Source: a virus. From it: a stretch of 64,000 bases of DNA. Shown here piece by piece: positions 20,001 through 27,028 of the stretch (the first letter of the stretch is position 1; each line of letters opens with the position of its first letter). The DNA is taken from IMG/VR virus record IMGVR_UViG_3300050343_000218. One strand, given 5' to 3'. The notes under the pieces are model-generated. The model was not told the origin of the DNA. It did not search any database and saw only the letters and a program-made list of their open reading frames with translations. A program made the position numbers and the translations under genes.

Positions 20001-22949
20001 AACGAAAATAACATCTTCGTTGGTAAAGTTCTGAGAAGAACTATGTACTTCGATATTTGTAACAGGACCATAGTTGACACCACTGACTCTCGATGTCAGA
20101 AGCTCACCAGACTCCTCACTAGCGTTCACACGCCGTCTACGGACGTTATAAGGTAGATCACGTTGTCTGGCACTTAATTTCCAGTTCTCTTCGACAGGGA
20201 CGTTATAAAATGCCTCTCCGATTGAATATGGGAACGATGGACCCTCGTTCTCATCGGTAGTCATAAAATATGCATACACACCATCGGGAAATTCAGGTGT
20301 GGTGCAGAAACGACCGTTATTAGCGTCTAGATCTCCCAAACGTTCGATATACTCGTAATCGTTAACAAAACGACCCAAAGAATAAGTAGTTTCGCTAGGA
20401 GAGTCATTTCCCCGAGTTGTTTTTATTCTCCAGGAAGATTGGAGACGTTTGATAGTTGGACTAGCAGCTTGAACGTCTTGATATGGATTATCGTAACCAA
20501 ATGATCCATAAATCGGATTTCCGTCATATGCCCATCCCAAAATCGGAGAATGTGACTTGATTGTCAAAGGGTTGCCTTGACTATCGACGTTATCGACTCT
20601 CAGGATCTTCAGAGAGGTGGGTGCAATGATATGACTGTACGCATACCCATAATTGATGTCAGGACTCTCATAAACGATACCAGAGGTGTTTCCGTTGTCT
20701 ACAGTTTCCTCAAAGTACGTATTAAATTTCCATTGCGTCAGTTCTGCCTCTGCAGCTGCAATTTGGTGCTTAGGAGCAAGGGTAACAGTAGTTGTATCTT
20801 CTTGATAATCAAAACCGCCAGACAATTGTGTAAATCCAGTAATCTGACCAGTACTAGTATCAATTTGGCAAGTAAACAAAGCACCTTTGCCTTTACCGCT
20901 AGCATCGTAGATAAAAACGTTGGGAGGTTCAGTATAGTCTTGACCAGCATCAATAATCTGAGCTTGAGAGTTAATTGACAGACTAATAGTAGCAATCTGT
21001 CCTTGCTGGATCAAAACCGTGAATTGTCCGCCACTACCAGAGCTTAATTCAACTGTAGGAGGAGATGAATATCCAGATCCATTATTTGTGAGTACAATAT
21101 TGGTAACTTCGCCTAAACCATTCAATTCAGCATAAGCTTCGGCATTTCCTGCAATATTAACAGTAGGAGGAGTTGTATATCCTCTACCACTATCTGTAAG
21201 TACAATTTTATCTACAGCACCGAATTCGATACCGTTTGGAGACCTATGATTGAGTAGAGGGACACCATTGACAAGAACACCGACTTCTCTGTTGGTAGAA
21301 TACTGCTTAACAGATGCATCAATTGGTGTTCTGGGAATAATCTTAAGATGTTCTTGATCTTGAGGAACACTAGTGTTATCAAAAGGTCCAATTGAATAAG
21401 ATGGGAATCCAGATGATGCAATATAGTAATTTTTGGTATCTCTGTAAATTGCAGAGACATCAGAAAGCAATTTGTTCTTAATTTCGGTTGATCCAATATT
21501 GCTAGGATCAAATGCAGCTAATTTGCTAAAGTTTTCGTTAACAACCCATTCATTAGTAAGAGGAAGGTCGTCAAAGAATCCAGAAGACGAAAACTCGACC
21601 ATATTGTCGATAGCGATATATGGAATGCCACCATCTTCAACGTCAAAGGTATTTTGATCGCCTGTTTCGCCATAGATCAAGGAAGACGACTCTAATTCTA
21701 GTCCTTCGCTAGTGAGACCAGAAACAAGACCGTAAATCCTTAATTGAGTTTCTCTCGGAATCCCAAATTCGTCAGTATACCTACCAGTAAGATTATTCTT
21801 AGTAAAACAACGTACGCTTTTCTTATGGAAGTATGATCTCTTGCTTGCAACATCTTTTATAGCTGAATCTCGCTCAGCAATGATAAACTGAGTTGCAGTT
21901 TTGGTGCTATATGTAATTTCTTCTGTTCCGATAACAACTCGACCATCTCTTTCAGGAAAACCGATTGTAGAGAACACATCAATGCGATCTCCAACTCCAG
22001 CATTCTGAGAAAGAGCATTCATCAGGAATGTACGGCGAGCAATCGAGAATTTGCCCTCTTTACTTCCAGGAGAAATAGTCAGAGTGTATAATCTACTACC
22101 TTGATATGGTTCACCGACAATATTGTCGATGATTGCAAGAGCAGCTGTCAGTTCTGGGTTATATGGGTCGGGTACTTGTCTAATTTCATTACCAACAACC
22201 TCACGGATGTCACCAGAGATAACTTCGACTAGTAAAAGCTCTTTACTATTCCAACCAGACTCCGAACTCTTGAAAACATTCTCTTTCGGATAGAAAATGT
22301 CTGGTTTGACACTAAAAAGAATCTGGAAAATGAATTCCAAAGATTGTGGCGTACCTTTGACTTGATAAAAGTCCTTGATACGCTTAACGAGCAAGTTTTT
22401 GTTGCTCTGGTCTCTAAGATACTGATATGGGAAACCAGAAGTATATTGCTCTTCGTATTGTTTGATTAATCCTGCCAGCAGCAGGTTGCTTAGGTTGCTA
22501 ACTTCAGCAAATTGTTTATGGACATCTGTATTACTGTCAACAAAGCTGATATCATTGTATAAATCGCCAATTGTCGTTTTTGCACTATATCCTCTAATGC
22601 AATTTTGAAACTGGGTATCGTTTTTAGTCTCATACAGGAAAATTTCCTGATCGATCATTATCAGACCGTTCTTATCAGGAAATCCGTCAGTCTTATCAAC
22701 TGTAATATGAATGTTTGCTGAACCATCAGCAATTTCTTGCTCTAGGGAACAAGTTTTGACAAGAATTTCAGGAGAGAAGGTATCAACGTCAAGATACTTC
22801 TCAAAATTCTGAATAATACTAGTAGGTCCCTCTCCGATAGAGAGTGCTTCGTAGTATTTCGACAGAAAATTAGTTACGAGGGGGTAATCCTCGACAATGA
22901 AATCAGGAAGCTGATTTTCAATCAGTGCTGCGAGACTAGGACCTTGCAT
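11031..22949 (-). CDS. gp7: Baseplate wedge initiator gp7, giant cyanophage form (3972 aa) with a YHYH-type domain and internal repeats
   Basis: N-terminal QLPDFIVEDYP...KRIKDFYQVKGTPQSLEFIF, IQDGIYYQDYSYVVKS...HPAGFNLFGE, and position between gp6 and gp8. Confidence 0.88.
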   Translation of the reverse strand: MQGPSLAALIENQLPDFIVEDYPLVTNFLSKYYEALSIGEGPTSIIQNFEKYLDVDTFSPEILVKTCSLEQEIADGSANIHITVDKTDGFPDKNGLIMIDQEIFLYETKNDTQFQNCIRGYSAKTTIGDLYNDISFVDSNTDVHKQFAEVSNLSNLLLAGLIKQYEEQYTSGFPYQYLRDQSNKNLLVKRIKDFYQVKGTPQSLEFIFQILFSVKPDIFYPKENVFKSSESGWNSKELLLVEVISGDIREVVGNEIRQVPDPYNPELTAALAIIDNIVGEPYQGSRLYTLTISPGSKEGKFSIARRTFLMNALSQNAGVGDRIDVFSTIGFPERDGRVVIGTEEITYSTKTATQFIIAERDSAIKDVASKRSYFHKKSVRCFTKNNLTGRYTDEFGIPRETQLRIYGLVSGLTSEGLELESSSLIYGETGDQNTFDVEDGGIPYIAIDNMVEFSSSGFFDDLPLTNEWVVNENFSKLAAFDPSNIGSTEIKNKLLSDVSAIYRDTKNYYIASSGFPSYSIGPFDNTSVPQDQEHLKIIPRTPIDASVKQYSTNREVGVLVNGVPLLNHRSPNGIEFGAVDKIVLTDSGRGYTTPPTVNIAGNAEAYAELNGLGEVTNIVLTNNGSGYSSPPTVELSSGSGGQFTVLIQQGQIATISLSINSQAQIIDAGQDYTEPPNVFIYDASGKGKGALFTCQIDTSTGQITGFTQLSGGFDYQEDTTTVTLAPKHQIAAAEAELTQWKFNTYFEETVDNGNTSGIVYESPDINYGYAYSHIIAPTSLKILRVDNVDSQGNPLTIKSHSPILGWAYDGNPIYGSFGYDNPYQDVQAASPTIKRLQSSWRIKTTRGNDSPSETTYSLGRFVNDYEYIERLGDLDANNGRFCTTPEFPDGVYAYFMTTDENEGPSFPYSIGEAFYNVPVEENWKLSARQRDLPYNVRRRRVNASEESGELLTSRVSGVNYGPVTNIEVHSSSQNFTNEDVIFVDNAANDSGDGLFAAVNEIQGQEVEQLSCNNPKNNYLITNNILFLNHETVITQNNTGASAKVIGQIEENDRFVVKDVTGTFNLTDTISSTTEIYNLTFDNTIIADIGSEVVLQVQSAGVAHEVAVGKVLRNVFDKNTVIVELQLANPDENTTLDEDGVTTITIPRSSYTNIGYFAIGNGVNIGAVSATIVNIRSLSKDFKLLDIEDNIAVLKTKDKFHGLAVGDDVIVTVEPNSSIATQRYDVETKKYHTIQLNNIERSTAINYSGLSRISIIGAGTSFAPSQTYTGVTAEFFGEGRLGVTHGSLNITTDANGRVATAVIADGGAGYQYGDVVSVAVGTLGGNVQSQKPSFFVDAAGFGYNETELIVDNSNGISTGDIIQITEERLEVVSVTGNIITVIRGAQNTEIVDHLDDIAVELVTKTYRFTKDSVVNFGSSNAYVDNYDPSTQQLDVYYVNEGDQIIADNSIFVDESTPTKQAQIDSVTDTSLRFRFRKDGESEWFKNISLDIQRTYRYIFDTSSPTLVGRHLKFYENVYRTRNLLQAFESIEKPGFSGSYTSFQLGYGIPIDGTNWEQKPVIAVPPKIYYDEPLSKINSEDQFFTLVEDPFAGKHAVFYGFEYEFAYRLPKAPQQEGFTNVQYFTDSLYAIGSIKNVKVISGGKNFTLPPQLPGVFLNKRFRGAFTPLIEDGKITSVNIIDTGLNYSQPKVLLENTGGGANAQFRVELTNQGAVGRIVPTEEGSGYGPDTTVRLYESDAKLYAHGENIGRLATLEIISSGKNFNNDPSLLPQVNPPIVMTLRNFPDRAFLNGEQITQRDANGKMIAFGRVDYWINGMNILRIKQVQGKFDQRYPLYGEALRSTADIQKIYVAKIDPVIGPTSTSIGNFQTDRSKLSAVSQKIQDGIYYQDYSYVVKSTISINDWRDFVKKFTHPAGFNLFGEVLIESFGDAEQPATIDTPQSGTKDNGFGAVISIIEPGVLGVTTSHKATRITQSHVRVDTFRQQRGLGTLNYSERNNVEIEVFDLAVSPEFDGEVQVDGSVTGTRTFTLFKKDINEPLVPYKAQQLLVTLDGVLQDPDTAYTVSGSTITFAEAPLGPFVDAKTGINVPGVNFYGKSIKFQDNINNDRYMLEANNITSQFDGTSTNFDLGIEIVNDDHVFISLDGVLQEPGVAYNLVEGGAGEVTFTEPPRQVGKILELDITDATNFLVNDFVVGQTSGARGEIVAKRYFVDHRFLNAADLLADNSTILAEEAVGILDDTSKFDGFTYPGLGRNQCITDLKSVLKNISRDLQLGGNSNTWDAAKEYLLNPADPNSDLKHIEGEVEATLWAMKYFKDMSILTIRNHFGIGNLTSQQRFADTTFSMTPTNALYTASSGVLVLTLPGHELSSSDKVAIATDSLVFTCDKDSNQTQHSYPRSTDPAAGVILSIVSISGDDVTINVGASPAGEQYSHSFVSSSANSIGKYNDVYNKTNAVADEFIDSANLLNANRNFIAEEAVAMMLAGGGTISDPAFNTAVSIVSATATTITVDVGKSDSIDAHTFDSALANSVITGGNYTHTLQEVAANSIQVTSGPALTPTDATYDPATGEFVMTVVGHTLTTSSTVTIADDAFIFRCSMDQNATPHSYPRSTDPASGQQLAVTSVTTDTFTVNVGVSAEVTFTPTNGTYDPLTGMMMLDIGTHTLAQGTSIRLLTNGISFTCDLDNYTVAKAYPRASSPGSSDDCCDDVKDMLKAIAWNLQYGGNNKVWDAAELYVDRDGYLNHITQKVPETLQVFANVKTLAADVIRNNVITPAGTHGVTQVFDNSITVETNECASVESAIGVLVDLVGNAIQTPSTFEANVARTLPLVWPTEFSTLTPTRDLTITIDAANPYCQQVESAVNVLFNIVTTTISEAAFNNTNHLLNVAQDFPNPNRIQVEMTKKDFLQGEDIQSEASLLTATTQSVSSINPGIQQKFFGFKQGKYYKLDSIESQFNDAQTIFDLERSGVPFYSERSQNLVVILNGVMQVNRVAYRVEDNLVVFNEAPAFGSACFILYFYGLDPERVLIGYNIEPPGTFKKFFKLTLDQQILLPLEGAQCWVSTEPVTNIVREYPYSFARGRIYKQAWTPGQQNVLFVEGVTAQKSNWLNGTLSVTRDRGSTAPIIELQILDVEEQVNEDFREKLFNRQDRIKSNLSQGDLIKIDGEAETRGIVRAARDALVTSGYDSDTSGIVSSFFRSYEYEVVLNVGPYSGQIEGFGAQAIAKIDAEVRFHTLQSSRTEGVEFLPGDEVVQYQDQNDTSSPVIWRAVVKAYAPKDKAIEFRSEYIDGTTPVVYTDPDVNTFRTGERIYVEATPSTNAIALQYLEPGGVNRVVLTRRDNSAYYESFREWKQANVWNKGENLLGNGFVPMNASANNEPGEYDFTSSIYDDQLNPQISKNYREPPVMIFRSSPVTDSNGDSLGSPTGGGARATAIVVRGEIVDTELISSGSGYKVPPQILFTRGYFVFRKDPLSVANFTTFGIEPPTIDSPVGVQSFLQTIFKGGDRTRWTLFNSYAPAGDNLVFGNAGAPIYQVKKYYDGRVIIQKILDLTNKMHPQPEIYINLAPEDVRCYWKETTVLQSQMTGGVQGISCALTKYKKTETKVQYNAGVIEKRAFNNPNLIGFDTYNTGSLGLTIGSLESMKFEIQPQSNNSIGQNGYYTDSAGRQINYVMGDMNLDFWSNLYPNLTIGDFENPDILNSQVYAEGDQNYFRYQQGSEIHFRTTSKAMILDNTFGDDVLLVNSTKGFPASGGKLIIADVAADKREEMTYTSSTSDRFLGVQRLNPLSTVEEGSRFAAMTNTKLTQYVSLSNGGTGLSYNGGFISDVQYYLFYGGNVGSNRIIHWTFSTANEIQSFQNHNTITVEYIRGTGSNGGEYPGQDLELWFWSANTNYVKAGNVWSSGDAAGGDWSTTTLNIPATIQTEINNGNAYRMYFQQLSIQAGGADYFGLRTWWLDDTDGEPTYPKGTVVMSANKL

Positions 22950-22952
22950 TTA

Positions 22953-24767
22953 TCAGATTAATGATTCTTTCTTGATTAGGAAGACGCTACTTGTCAAATC
23001 TAAAGTTAGATATGCTTCACGGAGTGCATTGATGTCTTTATTTTTAGGAGAGACTCTAAGTTCAATCCTATCGTCATCATACGTTCCCCTGATTATATTT
23101 AACCGATTCAACATTACCTCTCCTTTGAGGTAATCAATCGTTCCTTGCTGTGCATTTAGCACAAAACGATCTTTTGTAGTTGCATCGATCTTATAAAGAT
23201 AGACATTGCCGACTTGATCGTCAGCTAAGTAAACAACATCGTTTGGATAGTCAGCAAGTACAAATCCTGTACTCTGAACTGATGGATCGGTACATCCGCT
23301 CCTGACAACATTTTGATAACAGATTTCGTACTGAGCAACAGTGTTCAATACTGGAATGAAATCTTTTCTGAGCGTTACTGAAGTTTCGTTAGATGTAATA
23401 GCAGAGTTGGTGGCATCAATGATACCAACAATTCGACTATATTTAAAACGTCCGTTAAATTTCTCTAAATCAGAACTACCTTTATAGCTAGTAAGAGAAT
23501 TAAGAACCTCAGCTTTAATTTGAGACTCATTGAGAGTCGTTTTAGACTGATTGTAATATACAACCGAATCTAGTTCGACATATGTAATGGAAGGGTCAAC
23601 GATTTCTGGTGTGACAGAAACCACGGCATACTTCTTAAGTTCTGCCGAAATTAAGTTTTTCGTATATTGCGACAGTTTAGTTGCAAAACGAGGTTTAATT
23701 ACAATTTTGACTTTTCCGTATTCTGGCGGGTCAGCTTCTTCTCCACCAAAGCAAACAATGTCAGCAATCGCAGGGTAAATACTACGGATAACTGATTCGT
23801 AGTCATCTGCGGTAACTGCTCTATTTTGCGCATTGAAAACTTTTGGAGCGTTTCTTTTAATACTATCGATTGATTCAAGTTTTTCTCCTCCTGATGCAGC
23901 TGCAACAGTAGTAAGGTTTATTTGCGGTGCATAATTAATATTACCTACTGAATCTTCAATTACAGCAGAAAAGGTGAATACCTGAGCGGCATTAGCAACT
24001 TCTCCATTAGTAACGATATAAGAGACTTCAATAAAGTTATTAGTAGTAAGTTTTGTTCCTAATACACCATCTCCAAATATAATTTCATATCTTTCGTCCT
24101 CTCCTTCTTGTAAGAAGAAAACATTAGATTCTCCATTATGCCCTATAATATTAGAAGCTAATTGATATTCAGTAATATTTGTATTATCTAAAGTTTCCCT
24201 AACAGTTACTTTAATAGTGCTAGTATCAATATTTGGATTCCTTAGGATAAATCTCTGAGGAATAGCAGCATTAAATGTAAAGTTTTCAACTACGTAGTTG
24301 CCTTCTTTAATTTCAATATCATTAAAGGTTGCAACATCAAGAGAATCAACACTCGCAATATAGTCTCTTATTGTAATAAAGGAATATGAAACGCCATTAA
24401 TTCTGGTGAGAAATTGTGAACCTCTAGGAAGGGTAACAATCTCAGGAACGCTAGCGTCAGCTATGTAATTAGCAGTAACGGTAACTATAGCTGTTGGTGC
24501 TACCGATGACTTGGGAACATATCCGATTTGCTTTGCCAGAGACACTACGTTGTCTCTCAGAGTGGCGGAAGGCAAGAATGCCTCATTGACTACCATATTG
24601 GCGTTAAACGCCGTGTAGTACGTATTATAGGCAAGTAAATCGATCAGAGTCGATAAGGTCGAGCCTTCAAAATCGTAATCAGTAAAATCGCTATTAGATC
24701 GCAGGTACTCTTTTAGAGCAGTTTTGACCTGATCAAAATCTAAATTTGCAACCTGAATGTAAGACAT
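22953..24767 (-). CDS. gp6: Baseplate wedge subunit gp6
   Basis: LDFDQVKTALKEYLRSNSDFTDYDFEGS, LLAYNTYY, ESIDSIKRNAP...QNRAVTADDY, GTIDY..GEV. Confidence 0.95.
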   Translation of the reverse strand: MSYIQVANLDFDQVKTALKEYLRSNSDFTDYDFEGSTLSTLIDLLAYNTYYTAFNANMVVNEAFLPSATLRDNVVSLAKQIGYVPKSSVAPTAIVTVTANYIADASVPEIVTLPRGSQFLTRINGVSYSFITIRDYIASVDSLDVATFNDIEIKEGNYVVENFTFNAAIPQRFILRNPNIDTSTIKVTVRETLDNTNITEYQLASNIIGHNGESNVFFLQEGEDERYEIIFGDGVLGTKLTTNNFIEVSYIVTNGEVANAAQVFTFSAVIEDSVGNINYAPQINLTTVAAASGGEKLESIDSIKRNAPKVFNAQNRAVTADDYESVIRSIYPAIADIVCFGGEEADPPEYGKVKIVIKPRFATKLSQYTKNLISAELKKYAVVSVTPEIVDPSITYVELDSVVYYNQSKTTLNESQIKAEVLNSLTSYKGSSDLEKFNGRFKYSRIVGIIDATNSAITSNETSVTLRKDFIPVLNTVAQYEICYQNVVRSGCTDPSVQSTGFVLADYPNDVVYLADDQVGNVYLYKIDATTKDRFVLNAQQGTIDYLKGEVMLNRLNIIRGTYDDDRIELRVSPKNKDINALREAYLTLDLTSSVFLIKKESLI

Positions 24768-25165
24768 TATCGAGTTCTCTCTAAGAAGAAGTCTATTTCG
24801 CGTACCTGAACGTCAGTGTTGACACCTATGATTTCAAATGCAAGAACTACATCGAAACCATTGCGCTCGTAGTTTAAGTCAACATCAACCCGAACAAGAT
24901 CGACTCTTGGTTCATACTTTCTAATGACGTACTCAATTTCCTGACTGATCAGAGAAGCTGTAGCAGCGTCGAGAGGTTCAAACAGATAATTGGCAATATC
25001 ACTGCCAAGATCGGGTCTATAGAACCTCTCGCCTTTACGAGTAGAAATAATATTGTACAATGCCCTTTTCACTGCAGTTTCACCTGTAGTGTTGAGTACA
25101 TCCTTAGTAACGGGATTGATACCCATCGAGATGGATAAATCCTTGAATTTAACCTCTCTTGGCAT
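24767..25165 (-). CDS. gp25: Baseplate wedge subunit gp25
   Basis: FKDLSISMGINPVTKD...AVKRALYNII.TRKGERFYRPDLGS...YEPRV, directly upstream of gp6. Confidence 0.95.
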   Translation of the reverse strand: MPREVKFKDLSISMGINPVTKDVLNTTGETAVKRALYNIISTRKGERFYRPDLGSDIANYLFEPLDAATASLISQEIEYVIRKYEPRVDLVRVDVDLNYERNGFDVVLAFEIIGVNTDVQVREIDFFLERTR

Positions 25166-25193
25166 TGTAGTTTAGGGATCTAAGGTATGTATA

Positions 25194-25340
25194 TCAGTTC
25201 TCTGACCTTTCTGTAGGAACTGATTTCTTTTCGCTAGATTTTCGCATCAATGCATCAGCCCGTTGATCGGTGATGAGCACCATACCAGATTTCTCAAACT
25301 GGTCTGAATAGTCTACAGGTGTCTTTCTCGGAATTGGCAT
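25194..25340 (-). CDS. Small conserved hypothetical protein (48 aa)
   Basis: Manual translation MPIPRKTPVDYSDQFEKSGMVLITDQRADALMRKSSEKKSVPTERSEN fills the gap before gp25. Below the ORF-track cutoff. Confidence 0.7.
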   Translation of the reverse strand: MPIPRKTPVDYSDQFEKSGMVLITDQRADALMRKSSEKKSVPTERSEN

Positions 25341-25397
25341 CAATTTGTTCCTATTGGGTAAGCAGGAAAACTTTTTACGGGGTTTTATCCCGACGCT

Positions 25398-26051
25398 TTA
25401 TTTATTGTCTGACTCTTCGGGCGTTTTCCAGAAGTAATCATCTGTATCTCCTAGTCTACCCCATCTCACACCGTTCTCAACTTGATAATACTTGGTCGAA
25501 ACCTTGAAATCAGGTGTCTTGGGTGTATCTGGAGTGATTGACAAGTCATACAACCGCATTCGGTTGTTAGGATATAGAGCAAATTGACCATTGTCGAGCT
25601 CAATACAGTTGTGAGACTTATGTTCTTGCGGATTTTCGCTCACATTCGTGTTTGTAACATCACAATCAGAGTGATAGTTGTCCAAAGTGAACAAATATGA
25701 ACCTTTTTGCTCCCCATAATTGCGGGTATACAAAGAAACGTCCATACTGCCAATGAATTGCTTCTCGACTACCCTCAAACCATAATCCATACAGTTCCAA
25801 AACTGCAAATTTGGCAAATCTAAGTCTGGGGTAGGTGTTTCGGGACGACTAACAAAGGCACTGATCGGAAGCTTGTCGTAAAGAGCGCCATATTCGGGTA
25901 AATATGTCTCAAAATAAAAAGCACGTCCAGGAATCGACTTAGCCGATACCCAAACGCCCTCAACAAACTCACCGTGTCCGTCAATATGGTCTCTAAGATA
26001 CTCTTTTCGGACCCATACTGTACGGGAAGGTAAATTAATTACTAATTGCAT
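25398..26051 (-). CDS. Conserved cyanophage hypothetical protein (217 aa)
   Basis: NLP...WVRKEYL.DH..GHGEFVEGVWVSAKSIPGRAFYFETYLPEYGA.YDKLPISAF resembles a recurrent cyanomyovirus gene upstream of gp25. Confidence 0.85.
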   Translation of the reverse strand: MQLVINLPSRTVWVRKEYLRDHIDGHGEFVEGVWVSAKSIPGRAFYFETYLPEYGALYDKLPISAFVSRPETPTPDLDLPNLQFWNCMDYGLRVVEKQFIGSMDVSLYTRNYGEQKGSYLFTLDNYHSDCDVTNTNVSENPQEHKSHNCIELDNGQFALYPNNRMRLYDLSITPDTPKTPDFKVSTKYYQVENGVRWGRLGDTDDYFWKTPEESDNK

Positions 26052-26202
26052 CTAATTCCCACGTAGGTGGATGAAATTGGCAGTACTCATTGAAGATGAT
26101 TTTCATCTCTTTATCAGTTAGTTCCGCGTTCCTTGCTGCTTTGGGTAAATTCCATTTAGCAGCCCATAACATTTCCATCGATTCGCGGGTATTAGGTCTC
26201 AC
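26035..26202 (-). CDS. Small conserved hypothetical protein (55 aa, GTG start)
   Basis: MRPNTRESMEMLWAAKWNLPKAARNAELTDKEMKIIFNEYCQFHPPTWELDAISN. GTGA overlap with the upstream stop codon. Confidence 0.75.
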   Translation of the reverse strand: MRPNTRESMEMLWAAKWNLPKAARNAELTDKEMKIIFNEYCQFHPPTWELDAISN

Positions 26203-26336
26203 TTACCTTGTCCGCGATACTGTTTTTGCTTAGCATTGCGGGAAGAAGCTGCAAGTTTTGTATTTGCAGACTTGCCTTGACGTGTTTTCTTTGGTTTTGC
26301 AGGCATATACCCGCCGATTGATCCATAAAGGGCCAT
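26199..26336 (-). CDS. Small basic protein (45 aa)
   Basis: MALYGSIGGYMPAKPKKTRQGKSANTKLAASSRNAKQKQYRGQGK. The KKTRQG...YRGQG pattern recurs in cyanophages. Confidence 0.75.
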   Translation of the reverse strand: MALYGSIGGYMPAKPKKTRQGKSANTKLAASSRNAKQKQYRGQGK

Positions 26337-26338
26337 AA

Positions 26339-27028
26339 TTAATCGCAAATAATGTCAGAGTTGTCAGTTGAAGCGCGGTTGTTTTGCAATCCACCTTTAC
26401 CACCAATTGTTTTGGTGATTGTTGGATCTACATTCACACCTGGAGCAGCTGCATCGATATCGAATGAAGCGTCACCTCCACCGCTACCACCTCCACTGCC
26501 GTCTGAACCGCCTGCAAGACCTGCAAGCATACCAGCGATAGTAAAGATACCAGCGGCAGCGCCGATGGCAGCAACAGCACCTAGACCAGCTCCTGCAGCG
26601 GCAGTAGCCATAGAGGTTGCTGCGCCTCCACCAGTGCATAATAGCACAGTTGGTGATCCTATGGCAACAGCTGAACCGCAGTTGATTGGATCAGAGATCC
26701 TTGCAAGAGGTAATCTAGTGGCACACATCTTTGGAGCAAGTGCTACTAGGATAGCATCCGTCTCTGCATCCAGAGTTTTTGCCGTAGGTACTGGAATTGC
26801 GGGAACATCTGTACCAGCCATTACTGTTTTGCAAACAGCTTCCACTTGTCCAGGGTGGCAAGCAGGATTTTCTCCGCAAGGTTTGCAGTGGGGAAGACGG
26901 GGTGCCTTGTCGTGCAGCGGTTGAACCTTAGTGACAAGCACTGTTGTGACTAAAGATGGACCATATGTCATCGGTGGCCAACAGATGTGCCCCGTGCAAG
27001 TGCCAGTAACTAGACCTAATGCAGCCAT
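26339..27028 (-). CDS. gp5.4: PAAR-like spike-tip protein (gp5.4-like) with a Gly/Ala-rich C-terminal extension
   Basis: TCTGHICWPP, PHC...CHPG, LPLARISDPINCGSAVAIGSPTVL are PAAR-like motifs with Cys/His ligands, located in the baseplate operon. Confidence 0.75.
   Translation of the reverse strand: MAALGLVTGTCTGHICWPPMTYGPSLVTTVLVTKVQPLHDKAPRLPHCKPCGENPACHPGQVEAVCKTVMAGTDVPAIPVPTAKTLDAETDAILVALAPKMCATRLPLARISDPINCGSAVAIGSPTVLLCTGGGAATSMATAAAGAGLGAVAAIGAAAGIFTIAGMLAGLAGGSDGSGGGSGGGDASFDIDAAAPGVNVDPTITKTIGGKGGLQNNRASTDNSDIICD

Noticed and set aside
26352-26924. 190-aa Pro/Ala-rich plus-strand ORF
   Set aside because: Mirror of the Gly/Ala codons of the PAAR extension.
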